The notes under the pieces were generated by a model. The model had not been told where the DNA came from and ran no database searches. It worked only from the letters and a program-made list of their open reading frames with translations. From NCBI GenBank assembly GCA_030704615.1, contig CM060733.1, positions 64,542,001 to 64,606,000 of the forward strand: a stretch of 64,000 bases of DNA, given 5' to 3'. Source of the DNA: Takakia lepidozioides. Its lineage: Eukaryota; Plantae; Bryophyta. The translations under genes and the position numbers were made by a program. Below, piece after piece: positions 1-13,130 of this stretch (the stretch's first letter is position 1; every line of letters starts with the position of its first letter).

Positions 1-975
1 GCAGTGGAAGCCCTCGCAATTCCAGATCGCCATCGCCTTCAAGCGGGGATTCCATGCGAGAAATTCCCACCGCTTGCTTGCCCCAGATTCCGCCCTCTGT
101 TATGCAGTATGGCCAAGCCATTGTGGAGACGACTGTGTCTGCGTCACAGTTGAGAATTGCTCGCACAAAGCCGTTGTTTTGAGGCAGGTGTTCCGCAATT
201 CGAGTGGATACACGGCAACGTTGTTTAGAGATGATAAGGAGGAATCCAGATGGTGTTGTCTCTGCTCCTACTTTTACAGGAAGATTTGTCCATGCAAAGT
301 TTGCGGAGGCGACAACCACCCAGTTTTGGTTCTGCAGGCATGACATTATGACTTGCGTGTATGGAAAGCCCAAGTACGGCATACAAACAATGCCAGAGGC
401 TCCCCCGGGCCGGTGGAACCAGGCTGCGATCTGAGTCAGGATGAGGCCGACGCCCTTACCGCCGCAGGATTTCGGATGGTGCAGCGCACTGACGTCCCCA
501 GACAACCATTTCCGCTTCCACAGCCTCCACCACCAACCCCTATGAGAGCAAGAACAATGGGACCCGACAGCTCTAAGCATCCTACACACGGTTGGGGGAA
601 ACCGAAGAGGCGGTGACCTCCCTCAAAAGTGAACGAGACAAGGATGGGGAATGCACTTCGGATGAACTGTACAATCCAGAGCTCGACAGAAGTGCCCCCA
701 CCAGGCTTCGGGCGTGTGTATCAGATGGCCACGGCAGGCTCAGCTGTTCGCAATGAGGTGTACACCATCACCATTTCAGAATTACCCACCTGCAATTGCA
801 CCGACTTTCAGATCATGGCGAACAAGGGGCATCATACTGCCCTTGCAAGCATCTGTACTACGTGTACCTAAAGAGACTCCGGTGTAATTCCACAACTCAT
901 CACTTCATACATGCACCAGGGTTGAGCCCCCAAGAGGTGCACACTCTTCTGAATATGGATCCAGGGGACCAGTGA
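1..975 (+). pseudogene. C-terminal part of a MULE-type transposase with SWIM zinc finger, disrupted by stops and frameshifts
   Basis: Joined frames read ...APTFTG...FWFCRHDIMTCVYG...YTITISELPTCNCTDF...CKHLYYVY...FIHAP. CxC...CxH is the SWIM motif. Stop at 973-975. Confidence 0.75.
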
Positions 976-1799
976 CCTTGGCTTGCGGTCCCAACACAAT
1001 GGTACGCCCATCCTTTTCGGATCCTGTACTGCTACAAGTAGCTTTGACTCTGGCCACAGAAAGGTCCGACTTATGTCTTGCCTACCAGTAACCTGATTAA
1101 CTTGAACTAAGATAATACTATGTCATTCACTCGTGTTTCCACGTGCATGTATTTTTGTGTGTTGGAGGGTTCCTGTTTTTCTGCTCTCCCAAACTTTGCT
1201 TTCCTCATTCGACCCCCGGCAAGGAAATGCGGCGCCGCATTTCCAAGTAACGTCGTAGGTACTGGTAGATGCGGCATTCACCAACACCAAACTGCCTAGA
1301 AATTTCGCACGTGCGAACCCTAATGCGGCACCGCATTTCCTAGTTGAGTCGCAAAACTTTCCCGCCGAATACTGGAAGATGACAGAATTGTGCAGACTCT
1401 ATTGGTTCAGTCGCGGCAAAAGGGTCAGCTTCATTCCAATGTTAAGGCATGTAAAACCGCGGAATACTCTATACAGGCCAGTATGCGACGTCCTTTTGCC
1501 GTGGTATACTGGATTTCTCGTTGCACGGTCACTCATTTCCATGAGTGGATCTAAAAAACCATGAGCGGAGTTGTTACTGACGACATATCTTTGCCGCATT
1601 ACAGGATCTGTAACTTCCAAAAACGGCAAGGTCAAATATAAAACTATTATTTTAATACTTGTTTAATCTGCCGCATTTCCAAATTTGGAGGAGTCCGCTC
1701 ATGAAATCCGCGTGTCTTAGACTTCGGCTCACCGCTCATGCGGCTCATGCGGCTCATGGCTCATGGCTCATGGTTTCTGCTCATGAAATAGTAAACCTC
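1..1799 (+). mobile_element. Right end of a Mutator/Foldback-like DNA transposon (copy A, diverged subfamily)
   Basis: Ends in GCTCATG subterminal repeats and GCTCATGAAATAGTAAACCTC (1799), nearly identical to the TSD-defined right end of the 48480-56646 element. It carries the palindrome GGAAATGCGGCGCCGCATTTCC at 1223-1244 and a SWIM-finger coding region. Confidence 0.8.
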
Positions 1800-1819
1800 A
1801 GTGTGTACCACACTATATA

Positions 1820-2830
1820 GGATGTTACCTGGCGAGGCTGAATGGCTCGAGGGCTGATAGCTTGTTGCCCAAATGTGGGTTGCCCTCTGAGATATTCTGG
1901 AATGCTCGGAGCCTTAGCTGCCCCCTCCAAGAAGGGCCATAAGCTGGTCAGAAGAAAATTATCATTGTGCGCCTCTACAGAATGACTTCTCCAAGGCAGT
2001 GGGAAAATTGCGTTGTATCTGTGGGAGGAAGTTACGTGGTTGCATACAAGACCATGTTGCCACTTCAAAGTGTTCAAAACACTTGTCCAAAAAAGCTTTG
2101 CAACCAGGCCTTACAACAACCATCTTGCTACCACATAATTTGTGCTCAAGGCCATTTGGAACCACAAACGCATTACCGCTCCCGACATGGACGCACTCAC
2201 ACAGCAAGCCATTAATATCTAGGATGAGCAAATGCTTGCCCTTCTCCACTGTTGTGTGCACGACCTTCTCCTGCATGAATTGAAGGTTGGGAGTGGAAGT
2301 GACAACCGTGGGTTGCTGGGTAATATCGGCCTGCCGGGAAACAAGGTCAATGGTCCAGGGTTGTCTCGGATGTCCCCACCGCGACAGCAGCAGGCCGGAG
2401 TTCTGCAGGCGCCTCCACTACCGCACAATGTGACAGAACTGCACGAAGAGGCATAAGTTCCTTGGCAGGGGTGTCCTCCCCTCCACCTGGGCCAACATGC
2501 TCCACCTGCACATCATCCTCGAATGCATCAACTGGAGTGACGTTACCTGGTGACATGCCAGGCAAGTCAAACCTGTCCTCCGACGTCTCGAGGCTGAAGG
2601 GCCAGCGATGCAGGAGCTGTTTGTTGCGGACGAGCCCACTAAGGCAGGTGAGGAAATGCTGATCCCAAATTTCTCAGCAATGGCCTTCTGGTACATCATC
2701 ACATGCGATATTGTAGCCTTTAAATCCATTATATCTTCGTGTTGTGCACCCTGTGCTCTTTCCATATCCTCCACTTTGCGAGCAATTGTTGAATACCCAG
2801 AGGTCCTCTCCTGCCAGGTCCACGCAAGTC
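1820..2830 (-). pseudogene. Coiled-coil region plus an FCP1/NIF-like HAD phosphatase domain with an internal deletion
   Basis: LLILDINGLL...VRPGCKAFLDKCFEHFEVATWS joins near 2020 directly to the domain C-terminus YNAIFP...LWPFLEGAAKAPSIPEYL...FGQQAI, so the middle of the domain is missing. Confidence 0.65.
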
Positions 2831-4419
2831 CATGAACAACATGAGAACATCATGCCGCTGGTAGGGAAAATGCCTAGAACAAAAGAATCGACAAAAAATG
2901 GGAGAAAGAATGTTCACGTGGATCTCACCATCCGCTCGCTGGTCAATGTTCTGCTTACTGAACCTTCCTGGATTTCATGCAACGATGGACTTCGGCCTCG
3001 CTCCTGTGCCTGCATTAGTCATGTACCAGCTCAGTATGCTAGCATGGTCAGCCATGACGAGCGACATACCATTCTGGGACAACAGTGATTGAACAGAGGT
3101 TTGTCAGACATACTGTTGGTATGCAACCAATATTGGTGTCCCCGCGCCCACTGACGTAGTCACTATCTCTCCAGTAATACAGAAAGTTGAGTGACAAATG
3201 CAGCTAATGCAGAAGAGTAATCACCAGCACAGCACTACCCTATGTTAATGACCACAAAAAGTCATGTTAACACTCACACTCACACTCACTATTGCAGTTT
3301 CAAGTACTGCCCTGACATCATCATTGCACAACAACTCTAATCAGAGCCTCCTCTATCCACACTTACAGACTGGTATGCAAAATGAGGACCCCACCCACTA
3401 CACACTAACATGTCACAATTCCATCATTCCAAAAAACCCAACCTCACCTAGCTGATTACATACAAACAGTCCAAATTAAAGCCCACTTTGGATGTCAGAC
3501 CCAATTGGAAATTCCCTAAGCATGAGTGCAGGCTAGTTTCCTGGCTTAATACAAATTATTGCACCTCCAGAACTCATAAAGCAACAATTTCATGCAGCTT
3601 CACAACTCTGATAATAGATATAATCTAGAATCAGAGAATGAGAGCAGCACTCAGGCAAGGACATCAGCACAATATGTCTAAGCAGCAACTGGTGAAAATC
3701 ACATCGTCACACAGACCTCGCACTCCCCGAATATAACTTTCATACGATTCTACTTGCCTTTCTTGATGAACATGAGGGACAACTTACATGAAGTTGCACC
3801 ACTATTCTGACCATGGCGAGACCCAATTGGAAGAAATACAGAAATGTAACCAAGGCATAACAAAATTGCAAAATTGGGTCTCTATCTCCTTCAAGAAGTC
3901 TAGCAAACTGTATTACTGACCACTTACCAGGACCAAGCAAGAAACATTAGCATTGTACTTGACGATTGCAACCTCGCCCAATTTTACATATGACTACTAC
4001 GTAGCTCTCACAAAAAACTCATACCGCAAAAAACAGTCCATTTGATTTGCTATCGAAGTGACTCTTGGAAACACCTCCACCCTTAAAGATGTGCTGGGTA
4101 GGGTCTCCCTGCAATAGAAAAGGCTAGTAGCACTCGGGAAATGAAGCGTAATTCAAGAAACTTGCCTCCCCCCTTAAAGAAAAGCCTACAAGCACTTTGC
4201 AACAAGGTGAATGAACACCTTAGTTCACTCCATAGGCAGCACCCCTTCAAGAAAACCCTGATTGCACTCCACATAATTTGGATAATTCAACTGGTGGCAC
4301 TTCGTAGTTCCCTCCTAACATGGTGTAAAATGGGGGAAATGGACACCCCATTATAGACAACGTGTCACAACAATCAGCCAAGGCAAAGAGGGCAAACAAA
4401 CTGATGTGTGAACTTACAA

Positions 4420-4869
4420 ACCGAGCCTCAACAGATGCCTTCCCACCACGTCCTGTTTTTGAGGGCTTCTTGATAGATGAATTTGCAACCTTCATGAGGG
4501 CACTTTTTGCGCTGAATCCTGCTATCTTTGGGTTTTCAAGGCAACGCCAAGTGTCTTCCTCATGAGCTCATAGTCAAGACCACGTGGCGTGTACGCAAAT
4601 GTAGAGTTTAGAATCCTGTATATTTCTTCAATGATAGATTCATCCTGCGCTACAATATGCATTGACATGTCACACAAATGCCATATTTGGCCTTTGAGGG
4701 CTACATGCCAAGTATTGCGTGCTAGTCCAATGGGCTCTCCAGCTTTGTCAACTGGAAGCACTTGAGGGGGGAGTCCATCCTCCTCTCGAGCATCATGGTT
4801 TCGGATTGCCTCTGCCCTGGCTCGCCTGTTCGCCCGCCTCAAAGCATTAGCTCGCTCCTTCTTGGTCAT
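4420..4869 (-). pseudogene. Transposon accessory protein fragment, weakly En/Spm TnpA/Ptta-like
   Basis: LPVDKAGEPIG...W...L motif. The frame breaks near 4522, and a GT donor follows ...SVEARF. Confidence 0.3.
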
Positions 4870-6098
4870 AGGGATGTCTTCCTTTGCCTCCTTAGGTGGT
4901 GGGGCAGATGGGGGTTGCCATGGGGAATGGGGGGCGGGACGGTATCACCCACCGTATGGCCCAAAAGGTTCGTATGGTGGACGTGTAGATGTCGGGTAGG
5001 CATGTGGGTCTGGGAGGTAAGTTTAAATTGTACAACTTGTTGTAAGCGCTGGCACGCAAAATTAGTGAACGTCCTGAACTCCTTATCTGTATAGGTAAGA
5101 GGTGTGCCAATGACTTGGGAACAGTGCAAGTATTTCCAAGCCTCATGTCCCCTAAAGAAAATATCCTCAGGGCCGAATTTCTGTGTTGTCAAATTGTTCC
5201 AAGCCGAATGAAACCATGAACAAAGTTGGGAATCCTTCTGCATCATAACTTTTGCATCATATAGGTACATATGAGGTGGCACTGAAGGTAAGACCCAATG
5301 ATCCCCACTGGAATAACTCAGAAATCGCGATTGCATCCTCTGCTGCTCAATGTGATAACGTGCCAGAAAACAAGCAGCATAGTATAATCCACAGCCCATC
5401 ACAATACTTGATACCTCCTTGGTTTTGGTATAAATGTACCCATGTACAACTTGGAAGACAATTAATTCCTTCAACATGGTACCTGCTTCAGACCAGTACC
5501 TCGCAAAGTGATGATCCTCAATGGGTCGATTGTTCGGAAGAACCTTAGTCCTAGTTGCCACTGGCAGCCAAATGCGCATGATCTGGTAGTAATGTGCCAA
5601 CGACTGCGGAGGACTAAATTCCTTCCAAGCCAAATCCAACACAATGGGAATTTGGTTGAAGGGCATAATCATAGCCCGACTGTACTCCCGTGTAGCAGGA
5701 GTCTTCGGTGGGTTAAAAACAACATCCCCCCATACCTCAGGCTGTGGTGTGGCTGTAGTAACAACAGGGTCAGCTACCTGCACAGTCACTTGCTGTGGTA
5801 TTGGTACCACTGGCCCTTCTACCACTGGCATCTCCTGTACCCCTTGCGAAGAAGACTGAAAAATTAGAGTTCTGGCATGTAAATAAGTAGCCATTAGCTG
5901 CTCCTCAGGTACAAAGACTCTCTTGTCAATATTTGAACTCAGGTCATCCACCTGAGTCTGCAGGCCTTCTACATCCTCCTGTAGCTCTGCTATCCTACTA
6001 TAGACATTGTCTATAGTAGTTGTGGCAATGTTCTGCACCTGCAGTCTGAGCTCATTCATCTCGCCTTGGGTGAGCTTCCGTGGTGCTTTACCTTCCAC
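4866..6098 (-). CDS. Intronless 410-aa ORF of unknown function, probably TE-borne, with an N-terminal coiled coil
   Basis: Long uninterrupted ORF with an ATG start. It overlaps the upstream ORF by 11 nt. No recognisable motif. Confidence 0.55.
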   Translation of the reverse strand: MEGKAPRKLTQGEMNELRLQVQNIATTTIDNVYSRIAELQEDVEGLQTQVDDLSSNIDKRVFVPEEQLMATYLHARTLIFQSSSQGVQEMPVVEGPVVPIPQQVTVQVADPVVTTATPQPEVWGDVVFNPPKTPATREYSRAMIMPFNQIPIVLDLAWKEFSPPQSLAHYYQIMRIWLPVATRTKVLPNNRPIEDHHFARYWSEAGTMLKELIVFQVVHGYIYTKTKEVSSIVMGCGLYYAACFLARYHIEQQRMQSRFLSYSSGDHWVLPSVPPHMYLYDAKVMMQKDSQLCSWFHSAWNNLTTQKFGPEDIFFRGHEAWKYLHCSQVIGTPLTYTDKEFRTFTNFACQRLQQVVQFKLTSQTHMPTRHLHVHHTNLLGHTVGDTVPPPIPHGNPHLPHHLRRQRKTSL

Positions 6099-8220
6099 CT
6101 GGCCCTTGTGCTAACCAGACCTGCATAAGGTGGTTATCCACCAAGTCGTGTGTGGCACCTATGAGAGTCTGCTCCTCTGTGAGCCTGTATACATCTAACT
6201 GCTGCTGTAAAGCCTCCATGCGCTTCGCATGAGGTTCAACCAAACTCGCATAGGTAGCAGCCAGATTATTGGCTTCCTTCCAAGCCTTGTTAGCCACAGA
6301 GAGTTCATTTCTATTGACCATGACTGTTTGTTGCAACTCCAGGATGTACCTCTCTTGGTCAGCCTCAACCTGTCTGTATTGCTTGAAAGTATTCTCATTG
6401 CGACAGATTGTATTCTTCATATCAACAATGAGTTTCGCCTGCTCGATTATCTCTGCCTCTGCCTTCATACATCTCTCCCCTTGTCTGTTAACTTCTAATG
6501 CAGTTTGCTCAAGAGTAGTTGTGAGTGTAGCACATTGTATGGTCATCCTCTCATGTACTGCCTGCAACTCTATACGTAGTGCATTCACTTCTTGCAACTT
6601 GCCCTCATGCTTCACCTGCATTTGGTATAACTGTTGTTTATGTGCTTCGTGCAACTGGTCCTGCGCGAGGCCTGCTTCAATCAAATGTCCATTGGCCAAC
6701 TGCAAAGCAGCCTTTGTGTCCTCTAACTCTTGCTGTAACTTGAGATTGACCTCCTCATCGACCTTGTTTGCACACTTAGTGGCAAGTCGAGCCTCAAACT
6801 CCTTCCTGAGTTCCTCCCTCAAAGCTGCCAATTGGGTAGATGGAGCATGGGATTTCACATAAGTGCCCAACAAATTAAGTGTTCTGCTTATGGAACTCAT
6901 AAGCATGGCCTGCTGAGGGTCATCATGGTGAGCTTGCTGCTGTTCTTCCTGATCCTCAACAGTGTGATGCCTCACCAACCATTCAGGCCATTGCCCCACC
7001 AGATTCTCTTCCTGAACCACCTCATCCACCACAGGTGCTGCAGTGTCCTGATATGCTACCCTTGGTACCTCCATCACAGGTGTGGGTATTACATGCACAG
7101 CAGGGTTTTCCCTGGACAACCGCTGCACCTCTGGAACCACTGATTCCCCTACCAAGCCAGAGTTTTCATAGAGAAGGTCACCCTTCTCAATTTCGGCCAC
7201 GACCTGCTCTTTAGTGGGAATGTCCAACCTTTCTCCTTCCAGAGCAATTGGGGGTGATGTCACAGCATGTACTAACTGTGGAACCTCTAAAACAACTGAG
7301 TCAATTGGTTGTGGTGGCTGTGGTATCAAAGTGACTTCCTCTTCCATTTCCGAAGGCTGTGTTTCCAATAATAACAGCTCTCTGTGCTGCTGTGCCCCAT
7401 CTTGCACAAGAGCTTGGGAAACATTATCGTGCGGTTTCCATGAAGCTAGTGGATCCGCCACTACAGTCATACCCCGCCTCTGTCTCTTAGATTGGTGTTG
7501 CCCTGCCAGTCCACCCTCACTGTGTGAAGAGCCCTGCTCTTCAATTGCAGTGGTTTCTGCCTCAAACACTCCCATCTCCTTACGTTCCCGAGTATCAAGT
7601 ATGCAAGAATCAAGAATTATTTGGGCAATGACTGGACCGGACACAATGATCGGAGACTTAGCAGCAGTGCCCTGTAACCTCTTCATCTTGTCCACCAATC
7701 CGTTGTACATTAACTCCGCCCAAGCGACATCCTCTCCCCTCAAAGCTTTCAGGATCTCCTCTGTGAATGACCTGCTCAAATACTGTTGGTTCTGTTTCAT
7801 GGCAAACAGAACGTTCAATATTTGGCCGACTTCCCTAAGCCCTGGGTACTCGGCTTTGGTACAAGCGTAACCTTGAGTTTTAAAGAAACTCCCTTCTTGG
7901 AACAAATTCCCTATCTGCAATCTTGCCCTGTGCTCATCCACATCCACATGTCCTGATGGCAAATCAAACAATTGCTGCAGGTACTGGTGAGTAATTTCTA
8001 TATCTACTCCCCTCACCTGAGTAACTCCCGTCCGAGGCTCAAAATTCTGAAGAAATTGTATCATGAACTGCCGATGATGCAAGGACCAGTCCTTGCGTAG
8101 CAGCCCCTCCAATCGCAACTCCCTTAGCAGCTATACTGCCTGCGGTGCTGCAATTGTTTGCTTCTGCAGTATCGTGGTGCTCTTCACCCTGATATCCTCC
8201 ATTCCCCTCACTCTCTTCAT
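6088..8220 (-). pseudogene. About 710-codon plant-transposon-domain-like ORF with a long coiled coil and one premature TAG
   Basis: ATG at 8220 is in frame with the 676-aa ORF across a single TAG at 8131-8133. The N-terminal FLQNF...VRGVDIEIT...LQQLFDLP resembles retrotransposon accessory ORFs, and the C-terminal half is heptad-rich. Confidence 0.55.
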
Positions 8221-9009
8221 TCTAGACAAACAAAAAGGCTTTGTTTGAAACAGCTGAAGGAAAGCTTGCAGGGCACAGAGCATGAAGGTATGGTTGGTAC
8301 AAAATGGAACAGGTAAGTGCGTGTAAGCCTGTGGGGCTTGCAAGTAATGAGTGAGAGAAAATGTACTCTCAATGCTTCCGTCCTTGTGCCACTGCGTGAG
8401 AAGTAAAGCGAGTGTGTAATCCATTACATCTGCCATAGCTACAAAACTAGTGCTTTGATTGCCCCTGCCGTCGAGACCTTGGCTATTCCGAGCCACCCCG
8501 ACTCTTCCGCTCATAACACTTCCTATTTCTTGTTCTTGTTTCTTGGAGGGACCTACCTGCCTGTAATTCACACTCCTGATTGGCTGTGGACTGCTTAGGT
8601 AATTTCTTAATTCCACCCCCTCCATGGACATTCCCACTTGGAATGTCCAGTAGGACAGCACATGTGGCATAGGTTTTTTTTTTTTTTTTTTTTTACTCGG
8701 AAAGGGTTCCGTTACCCTTACACTGAATGCATTAATGGGCCCACAATTTGTATTAGTTGTTGTACCGGGTAGGTACTTTGACGGCCCGATTTGTCCTCTT
8801 GCATGATGAAACTCACTTTTGCAATCGATGCAGCGCGGTGTGCTTCGCCTTAGCGGCCACGTGTCCGTTTCTAAACATGCCCCCGACTTCCCCTCTCCGC
8901 GTGGCACATTCTCCAAGTTTGACTTCCAAACTTTTTCTTCACTTGATGGCCACTTTTCTAACGTTAATTCGTGTCCACCTGTCACGGACCTTATGGACTG
9001 TGTAACCTG

Positions 9010-9139
9010 TATGGGCTGTGTTGGGCTGTGACAGGCTGTGTGTGGCACTGTGGTGGACTGTGATAGGCTGTGTCACGCCGTGATGGGTTGTGATAGGTTG
9101 TGTGACACTGTGATGGGCTGTGATAGGCTGTGTGACACT
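9010..9139. repeat. 30-bp tandem repeat built from 10-bp subunits, about 4 copies
   Basis: Repeated TGTGATAGGCTGTGTGACACTGTGATGGGC variants. Confidence 0.85.
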
Positions 9140-10539
9140 TGTACTTCCCACCCTGGTCATACACGCTCGGCTTAACGACAAGTGCTCCATACTCCGTTGG
9201 TATCACTGGCGCAGCCCGTGACTGCTTTTATGTTTCAACATGCAAATCGTGCTGCAATGGTTTGTCATGGATACCACTGTACCCCTTCAACTTATTGGCC
9301 TCTTCTTCTTACATTTGGTGTTCGGGTCCTTCATGAACACCACGTGCTCTCCCTCATTGGCAACCCCACTGAACTGCACCAATGAGGCCAGCCATGTTGT
9401 TGCCTCCTGAAAACAAATAACCCCTCCAAATTCAAAAAAAGAAACAAACAACAAAGAAAATCATGCATGCAAAGGAAAGGATAAAACACGGAACAAGGTG
9501 CGACAGTTGTACCTTTGCAAGCTTGTCCGACTTGCCCCCGGTGTGGCAGGGTCCCCGTTGCCGGATGTGCCCGCGCTATCCCCTCCCGGAGCACCACTGG
9601 AAGTAGATTCCAGATGTGGAGCATAGCCGGCGGCGGCCCCGTAGTCCAGGCCCTTCTTTGCTGACCACTCAAGCTCAAGGGGCGGCGTCGCTGATTGGCT
9701 AGGCCACTCCAAACCGGCCCATACCTCCTCCCCCCCCCCAAAATGCGTATCAGAGTAGAAGCCCTCACCCGGTTTGACTTCTTCGAGGCGCTTCGCTATC
9801 TCAACCACTTCATTGGCCCTCCTCGTCTCCTTCTCCCTCATCAACAACATTGGGCTAGCAATGGAGGCTTTCAAAGGCCCTTGAACCTGATGTTGGGCCT
9901 TGGCAAGTGCAGCTTATGCTACGGAGGAAGGGGTCGCTATGGGGGTGACATCCAAAAGTTGCCCATACCGGGCCCCCGAACAGGTGATGTGCTTGCCAAG
10001 GTACATTTCACCGTCTTGGTGGCCGGGGGTGTGCTCAACTGAGCATCCGGCTCAGCAACAACCTCCCGAATAGGAGAGCTGGCTGAGCCGGCCCCTAGCG
10101 CATCCAAGATGTGGACAAGAGGGGGGTACTGGCCTCGGGGGGTAGACGAGCCCTCCGGCTGCGGCTGTCGACGGGGCTGGTTAACCGTGAGACGCCCTGG
10201 CGCGTCACACGTGCCGGCAGAGCAAATGGATTGTCCGCCCCTTTCTTTGGGGCACGAGACTTCTTCTCTTTCCCCAGAAGCTGGCACCTGTCATGCAAAC
10301 CCACAAGTTGGCCTCATTAGGAAACAACCTCTACATTCAAGATCAAAAAAAAAAAAAACCAAGCATGTCGGGGGTTGAGAGCAGCAAGTGCTCGGGGTCT
10401 CGAGAGGGGGCAACAAAGAGAAAAGAAAAAGGTGGGGGGTGGGGGGGAAGTGACTGAGCACCACCACCAGCTGCTGAGCACCACGGGCTCAGTCCAAACC
10501 CCCCCCCCCCCCCATTTTTTATTTTTTTGGTTTCATGAT

Positions 10540-12194
10540 CTCTCCCTCTCTCTCCCTCTGGACAATGGGTTTATGGAATTGTTGTCCCGACTTCCATCCT
10601 TGAGGAAATTGAATTTTTTTGTAAAATTGGGTTCCAGGGAATTTTGGATGTTTTTTATCCAATTTATTTTTATTATTATTATTAATTTTTTAGTAAAATA
10701 TTTCTTCACTAAAAAACCTGTGAGTTGCAAAACTCCCGTCAATTTCTACTTTTTCAATCCAACCTGGATGAAAAAATGACTTCATCTGACAGGACCTAAA
10801 TACAGAGCAAGACAGGTTTAACCCCCCCCCCCCCCCCCCCCCTGTGTTTTTCATCTAACCTAGATGAAATACGGACTACATCTGTTGAGTGCAAGACAGG
10901 ATGAAAGCACGATGTCTTTCATCTTCCACGAATGAGAAACAGACAACGTCCGTCGGGCGGACAGACTGGCGGATGTTTTTCATCCTGACAATGATGAATG
11001 ACGGGCCAGACAGGGGAAAACTCTGCGCAACCCTAATGTCTTTCTTTTTGCGCTGCGAGAGCGCGCGCGATGGCGGCTTCTGAGGAGCGATGGTGCTCGT
11101 GCTGCAGATACCTTGAGTTGCCAATCCTTGAGTGTTTATGGCTCCTGTGAGCGACGCCTGGGCGGGCTCTTTAAGGCGATGGCGGTGGCTTAGAGATGAG
11201 GGAAGATTCCCTATCTTAGTTGTCTGTTTTTTTGCTGCACAAGGGAACCGCGGCAGTGATGGCGGAGGCACCACCTGCATGCCTATGACGTTTCCCTATG
11301 AGCCCTCCTCTGGATCTTTGATGAATGACGGCACAAGGAAGTCTCTCTCCCTCCCTTGATAAACCCTACCTTTTGAGACCAAGCTCTTTTTTCTTGTGCT
11401 TGGCAAGACCTTGCTTTGGTTAAGGTAGCAGTGTTGTGGTGCTGGCGGAGTCCTCCCTGCACGGTTAGGCTTGTGGAGAGATGACGACTCTCCCCAAACA
11501 GTAAAAAAGTTTTTTTTTTTTCTGTTGGTTTTGTTTTCTTGCTTGCTTTGGCATTCTCTGCGCTTAGATTGAAGTGTATTTGACCTCGATAGCAAGTGTG
11601 GAAGCTTGCTACTCACCTCGTGCATCCTCACTAACTCACAATGCGTTGTGGTTGTTTTTGGGATGGGCACAGGTGAGGGCTTCCACTTAATATTCTGATG
11701 TCTAGGTGCTGCTGGATGCCAAGTGGGATTGCAGAGCAGGGGAAGGAATCGCTTGCCAGGGACTCATCCTAAAATGTTGAAAAACTAAACTACTCTATGG
11801 TTTTTCTTGATCCTGCCTCTTTCCTTCCTTGATTTTTGAAGAACAAGTGTAATGCTTTCTACGATGGGCTAGTTCGGCCCAGCCAGTGGAAAACCTCTGT
11901 TATGTTGTGACAGCTGGGTTTAAGATGGCTTGTGTGAGAGACACACATCTGTTTTCCAAGCCCTAGTTTGCTTTGCTTACCTTATGGTACTTGGAAACAA
12001 ATTGAAAGACTGCAAGGAACTGTTTGCTGCAGCTACTCGGGTACCTCTGTTGGTAAAAGGCCCCTGTTATGTTCCAACCCAGATGCCTTTGTTAGCTAGA
12101 TGCTTAGGCCAAGGTATGGTGAAGTTTCTACCTGTGGCTATTCAGCTGACACTGAAATATGGCAGTAATATAAATGGTAACTGGTTTTTGAGGT
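10540..12194 (+). repeat. Direct repeat A, copy 1 (about 1.65 kb; partner 14420-16115)
   Basis: Colinear match from CTCTCCCTCTGGA..GGGTTTATGGAATTG to ..CTGGTTTTTGAGG. Confidence 0.9.
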
Positions 12195-13130
12195 TCAGGG
12201 AAGTTTTCTGCCTAACTTCATTTTCATCAGACAATCTCATGGCAACAGACATGGCTTTGGACACTACAGCCTCTAAGTCAGATTTATCAACCCATAATAT
12301 TGCAGATCCGTACTCCAAGGCAGGTCTAATAATGCGACAAAGCATGGTTTTCTTAACCTCAGAGTTGACCCCTCTGCAGAAAAAGTTAAAAAGAGAGAGG
12401 GAAGATACTTTTTGTCATGTCAAGACAAAGACAGGACCCCTAGGGTCGTTGTCATGAAAGAATAATCAGACATATCAGCCACTTAACAGTGGCACCATCC
12501 ATCAATCATCAAGCTTAGAAAATTCAGAATTACATCCATGCACAGTAATGTGTTCATGTCAGTATTATTCATAACCCAAAGAGTATGCCAATTGACCACC
12601 AGTCATGATCATGATACACATTCAGAGGTCTGGGTGGGATGGCGGGTACTTGGCCATATTTTGGCCTTGATGTGTTGCACGTCAAACGGTCATACAGATT
12701 TACTGTCCGCAAGCTGTAATCCAAGCATACTTACTCAAACCCCATGGGTGTCATGGAGGGTTTTTTTTAAGAAAACAAAAAGAACAAAAAGAACACTTGG
12801 ACATCACAGATTTAAATACCTTGCCCTGCCAGTATTTGTTTAGACTGGTCTGCAGCAGCCTCTCAGTTTGTTTCCAACTACCATAAGGTAAGCAAAGCAA
12901 ACTAGGGCCTGGAAAACAGATGTGTGTCTCTCACACAAGCCATCATAAACCCGGCTGTCACAACAAAGCAGAGGTTTTCCACTGGCTGGGCCGAAATAGC
13001 CCATCGTAGAAAGCATTACACTTGTTCTTCATAAATAAAGGAAGGAAAGAGGTAGGATTAAGAAAAACCATAGAGTAGTTTAGTTTTTCAACATTTTAAG
13101 ATGAGTCCCTGGCAAGCGATTCCTTCCCCT
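12195..13130 (-). repeat. Inverted mosaic: about 12445-12860 is the reverse complement of about 16370-16773, and 12861-13130 is the reverse complement of about 11745-12020
   Basis: Direct reverse-complement matches. The 12195-12345 minus-strand frame encodes IIRPALEYGSAI, a typical LINE post-RT motif. Confidence 0.8.

Noticed and set aside
4866-4869. ATGA stop/start overlap suggesting a bacterial operon or contamination
   Set aside because: The surrounding genes have spliceosomal introns and plant TE features. A proline-rich frame extends upstream of this ATG, so a frameshift or splice explanation is as likely.
9330-10380. Exon-like GC-rich minus-strand segment
   Set aside because: It has multiple stops and no recognisable domain, so I cannot assign it.
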